From contig CAVUSO010000001.1 in the NCBI GenBank assembly GCA_963744145.1, positions 6,144,001 to 6,208,000 of the forward strand: a stretch of 64,000 nt of DNA, read 5' to 3'. Source of the stretch: an uncultured cyanobacterium (GTDB lineage Bacteria; Cyanobacteriota; Cyanobacteriia; Cyanobacteriales; CAWUOF01). Below the pieces are notes generated by a model, which saw nothing but the letters and a program-made list of their open reading frames with translations, was not told where the DNA came from and made no database searches. Both the position numbers and the translations under genes were made by a program. Below, piece after piece: positions 62,592-64,000 of this stretch (positions within the stretch are counted from its first letter, which is position 1; each line of letters opens with the position of its first letter).

Positions 62592-62629
62592 AATGACAAG
62601 AGACGTCATCCCCAGCGTCTCTTGTCATT
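62592..62629. terminator. Hairpin between convergent pirA and tldD
   Basis: Perfect 14-bp stem AATGACAAGAGACG/CGTCTCTTGTCATT. Confidence 0.7.
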
Positions 62630-62639
62630 TCAGGAATAT

Positions 62640-63998
62640 TTAATGACCTCCAACTACCACATTTTTAATTCGGACATGGGGACCACCGACACTAACCGGA
62701 AGGGGCATCTGTCCACCTTTACCACAGCCACCATTGGTATAAATAGAATCGTTGCCGATCGCCTCAATATCCTTAAGTGTCTGAAAAACATTACCAGTAA
62801 GAGTAACATCACTGACGGGTTCGGCTAGTTGACCATTCCGAATCATATAGCCGACTGCTGCGGCAAAAGTAAACATCTCACCATTAGTTTGTCCACCGAG
62901 CATCCGCACGGCATAGACACCTTCTTCAATATCACTAATCATGTCCTGAAAAGAGCGATCACCGGCAGTAATCGCTGTATTTGTCATGCGTACAATTGGC
63001 GGATAGGTAGCACTTAAAGCACGAGCATTACCTGTCGGGGCTTCGTGCATTTTGCCAGCAGTTTCCCGATTATGCAAACGACCAGTTAAAATCCCATCCT
63101 TAATCAAATATTTGCGTTGGGCTGGTACACCTTCATCATCATAGGTCAAAGTACCTGGTAAACCAGGAATAGTGGCATCATCAATCACATTCAACTGTGC
63201 GATCGCCATAGGTTTACCGAGTTGCAATAATTCCTGCATCCGGGGATTTTCATAGACAAAATCAGCCTCCGATAGATGTCCAAAAGCTTCATGAATAAAG
63301 ACCCCAGCCAAATAAGGGTCTAAAATTACGGTATATTGTCCACCTTTAACTGATTTGGCCTCCAACTGCCCCACCGCTCGTTCGGCAGCACTGATCACTT
63401 GGGATTCGAGGTTAGTGAAAACATTAAAATCAGAACGAGAGTGGCAAGATTCATAACCTTGTCGGACTAAACCACCTTCTCCACGGGCGATCGCGCCAAA
63501 ACCAGCCGAAATATCTAAGCGTTCTTGGGCGATATTACTACCGAGGGAATTAACTAAATAGGTGACCCCAAACCGATCGCGCATACTGGTCATCGTCGTC
63601 TGAATCCGGGGATCAAATTTCAGCAACAACTGATTATAATGGTCTAATAAGTTGCGTTTTTCAGCCAGAGAAATTCCTCGGGGATCACGTTTTAATTCTA
63701 CCGCAACATAATCTTGGACTGGTGTGCTTTGGGCTAGCTCAGTTTTTTCTTTCCCGACTAACTTAGCTTGGGAGATAGCTTCTGCCATGCGATTCGTTAA
63801 TTCGTCTAATCCATTAAAAGTGACAAAACTCCAACCACCCTGGTGACAAGCGCGAATACCTCCAGCCAGAGCAAAATTTCGATCTACAGCATCAAGGCGA
63901 TCGCCTCGATAAGAAATAGAAGTTGACTCACTTTGTTCCAAACGTATTTCTAGATAATCCACCAGATTCCGTACTGGCGCGATCGCTGCTTGTAGTTG
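62640..63998 (-). CDS. tldD: TldD/PmbA family metalloprotease (5' end outside window)
   Basis: HEAFGHLSEAD, YDDEG, TGNAR, RMTN and GCGKGGQ motifs; frame stays open to the window edge. Confidence 0.88.
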   Translation of the reverse strand, partial: QLQAAIAPVRNLVDYLEIRLEQSESTSISYRGDRLDAVDRNFALAGGIRACHQGGWSFVTFNGLDELTNRMAEAISQAKLVGKEKTELAQSTPVQDYVAVELKRDPRGISLAEKRNLLDHYNQLLLKFDPRIQTTMTSMRDRFGVTYLVNSLGSNIAQERLDISAGFGAIARGEGGLVRQGYESCHSRSDFNVFTNLESQVISAAERAVGQLEAKSVKGGQYTVILDPYLAGVFIHEAFGHLSEADFVYENPRMQELLQLGKPMAIAQLNVIDDATIPGLPGTLTYDDEGVPAQRKYLIKDGILTGRLHNRETAGKMHEAPTGNARALSATYPPIVRMTNTAITAGDRSFQDMISDIEEGVYAVRMLGGQTNGEMFTFAAAVGYMIRNGQLAEPVSDVTLTGNVFQTLKDIEAIGNDSIYTNGGCGKGGQMPLPVSVGGPHVRIKNVVVGGH

Positions 63999-64000
63999 AT

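Noticed and set aside
62640..63998. TldD as the maturation protease of the peptide locus
   Set aside because: TldD is widespread, lies about 10 kb away behind unrelated genes, and the locus already has a C39 peptidase.

Overview
AT-rich cyanobacterial chromosomal window, judged from dense HIP1 (GCGATCGC) sites, psbY, pirA and Uma2/XisI families. The left arm (1-28.7 kb) is mostly housekeeping and stress genes: yvcK-like, tsaE, dihydroorotase, lepB, dxr, perR/peroxiredoxin, GST, a GAF kinase/NarL pair with an OYE-SOD-ALDH-DLH cluster, sbp, a hybrid kinase, a LecA-like secreted protein, folC, psbY and a gamma carbonic anhydrase. Two regions stand out. (1) 28.9-34.2 kb is a tandem array of six near-identical Uma2 nuclease genes whose coiled-coil tails carry 0, 3, 1, 5, 4 and 2 extra 14-aa units, so every length from 0 to 5 occurs once. 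(2) 43.9-53.0 kb is an NHLM-type peptide export trio (HlyD, C39-ABC, ABC) flanked by three double-glycine precursor genes missing from the ORF track. Their cores are very short and Cys-free (KQFNAQRV, QYKNWKTT, GPNLQRGKIIEL), two share a duplicated promoter, and no modifying enzyme is present in the window. Around them lies a HIP1-rich patchwork of toxin-antitoxin and gene fragments, a RAYT-type HUH transposase, REP-like hairpins, a MITE, 22-24 nt micro-insertions and an intact IS4. gltB lies at 34.4-39.0 kb, and the window ends with SDR, WD40, pirA and tldD genes. All calls are by eye from the sequence; no searches were run.
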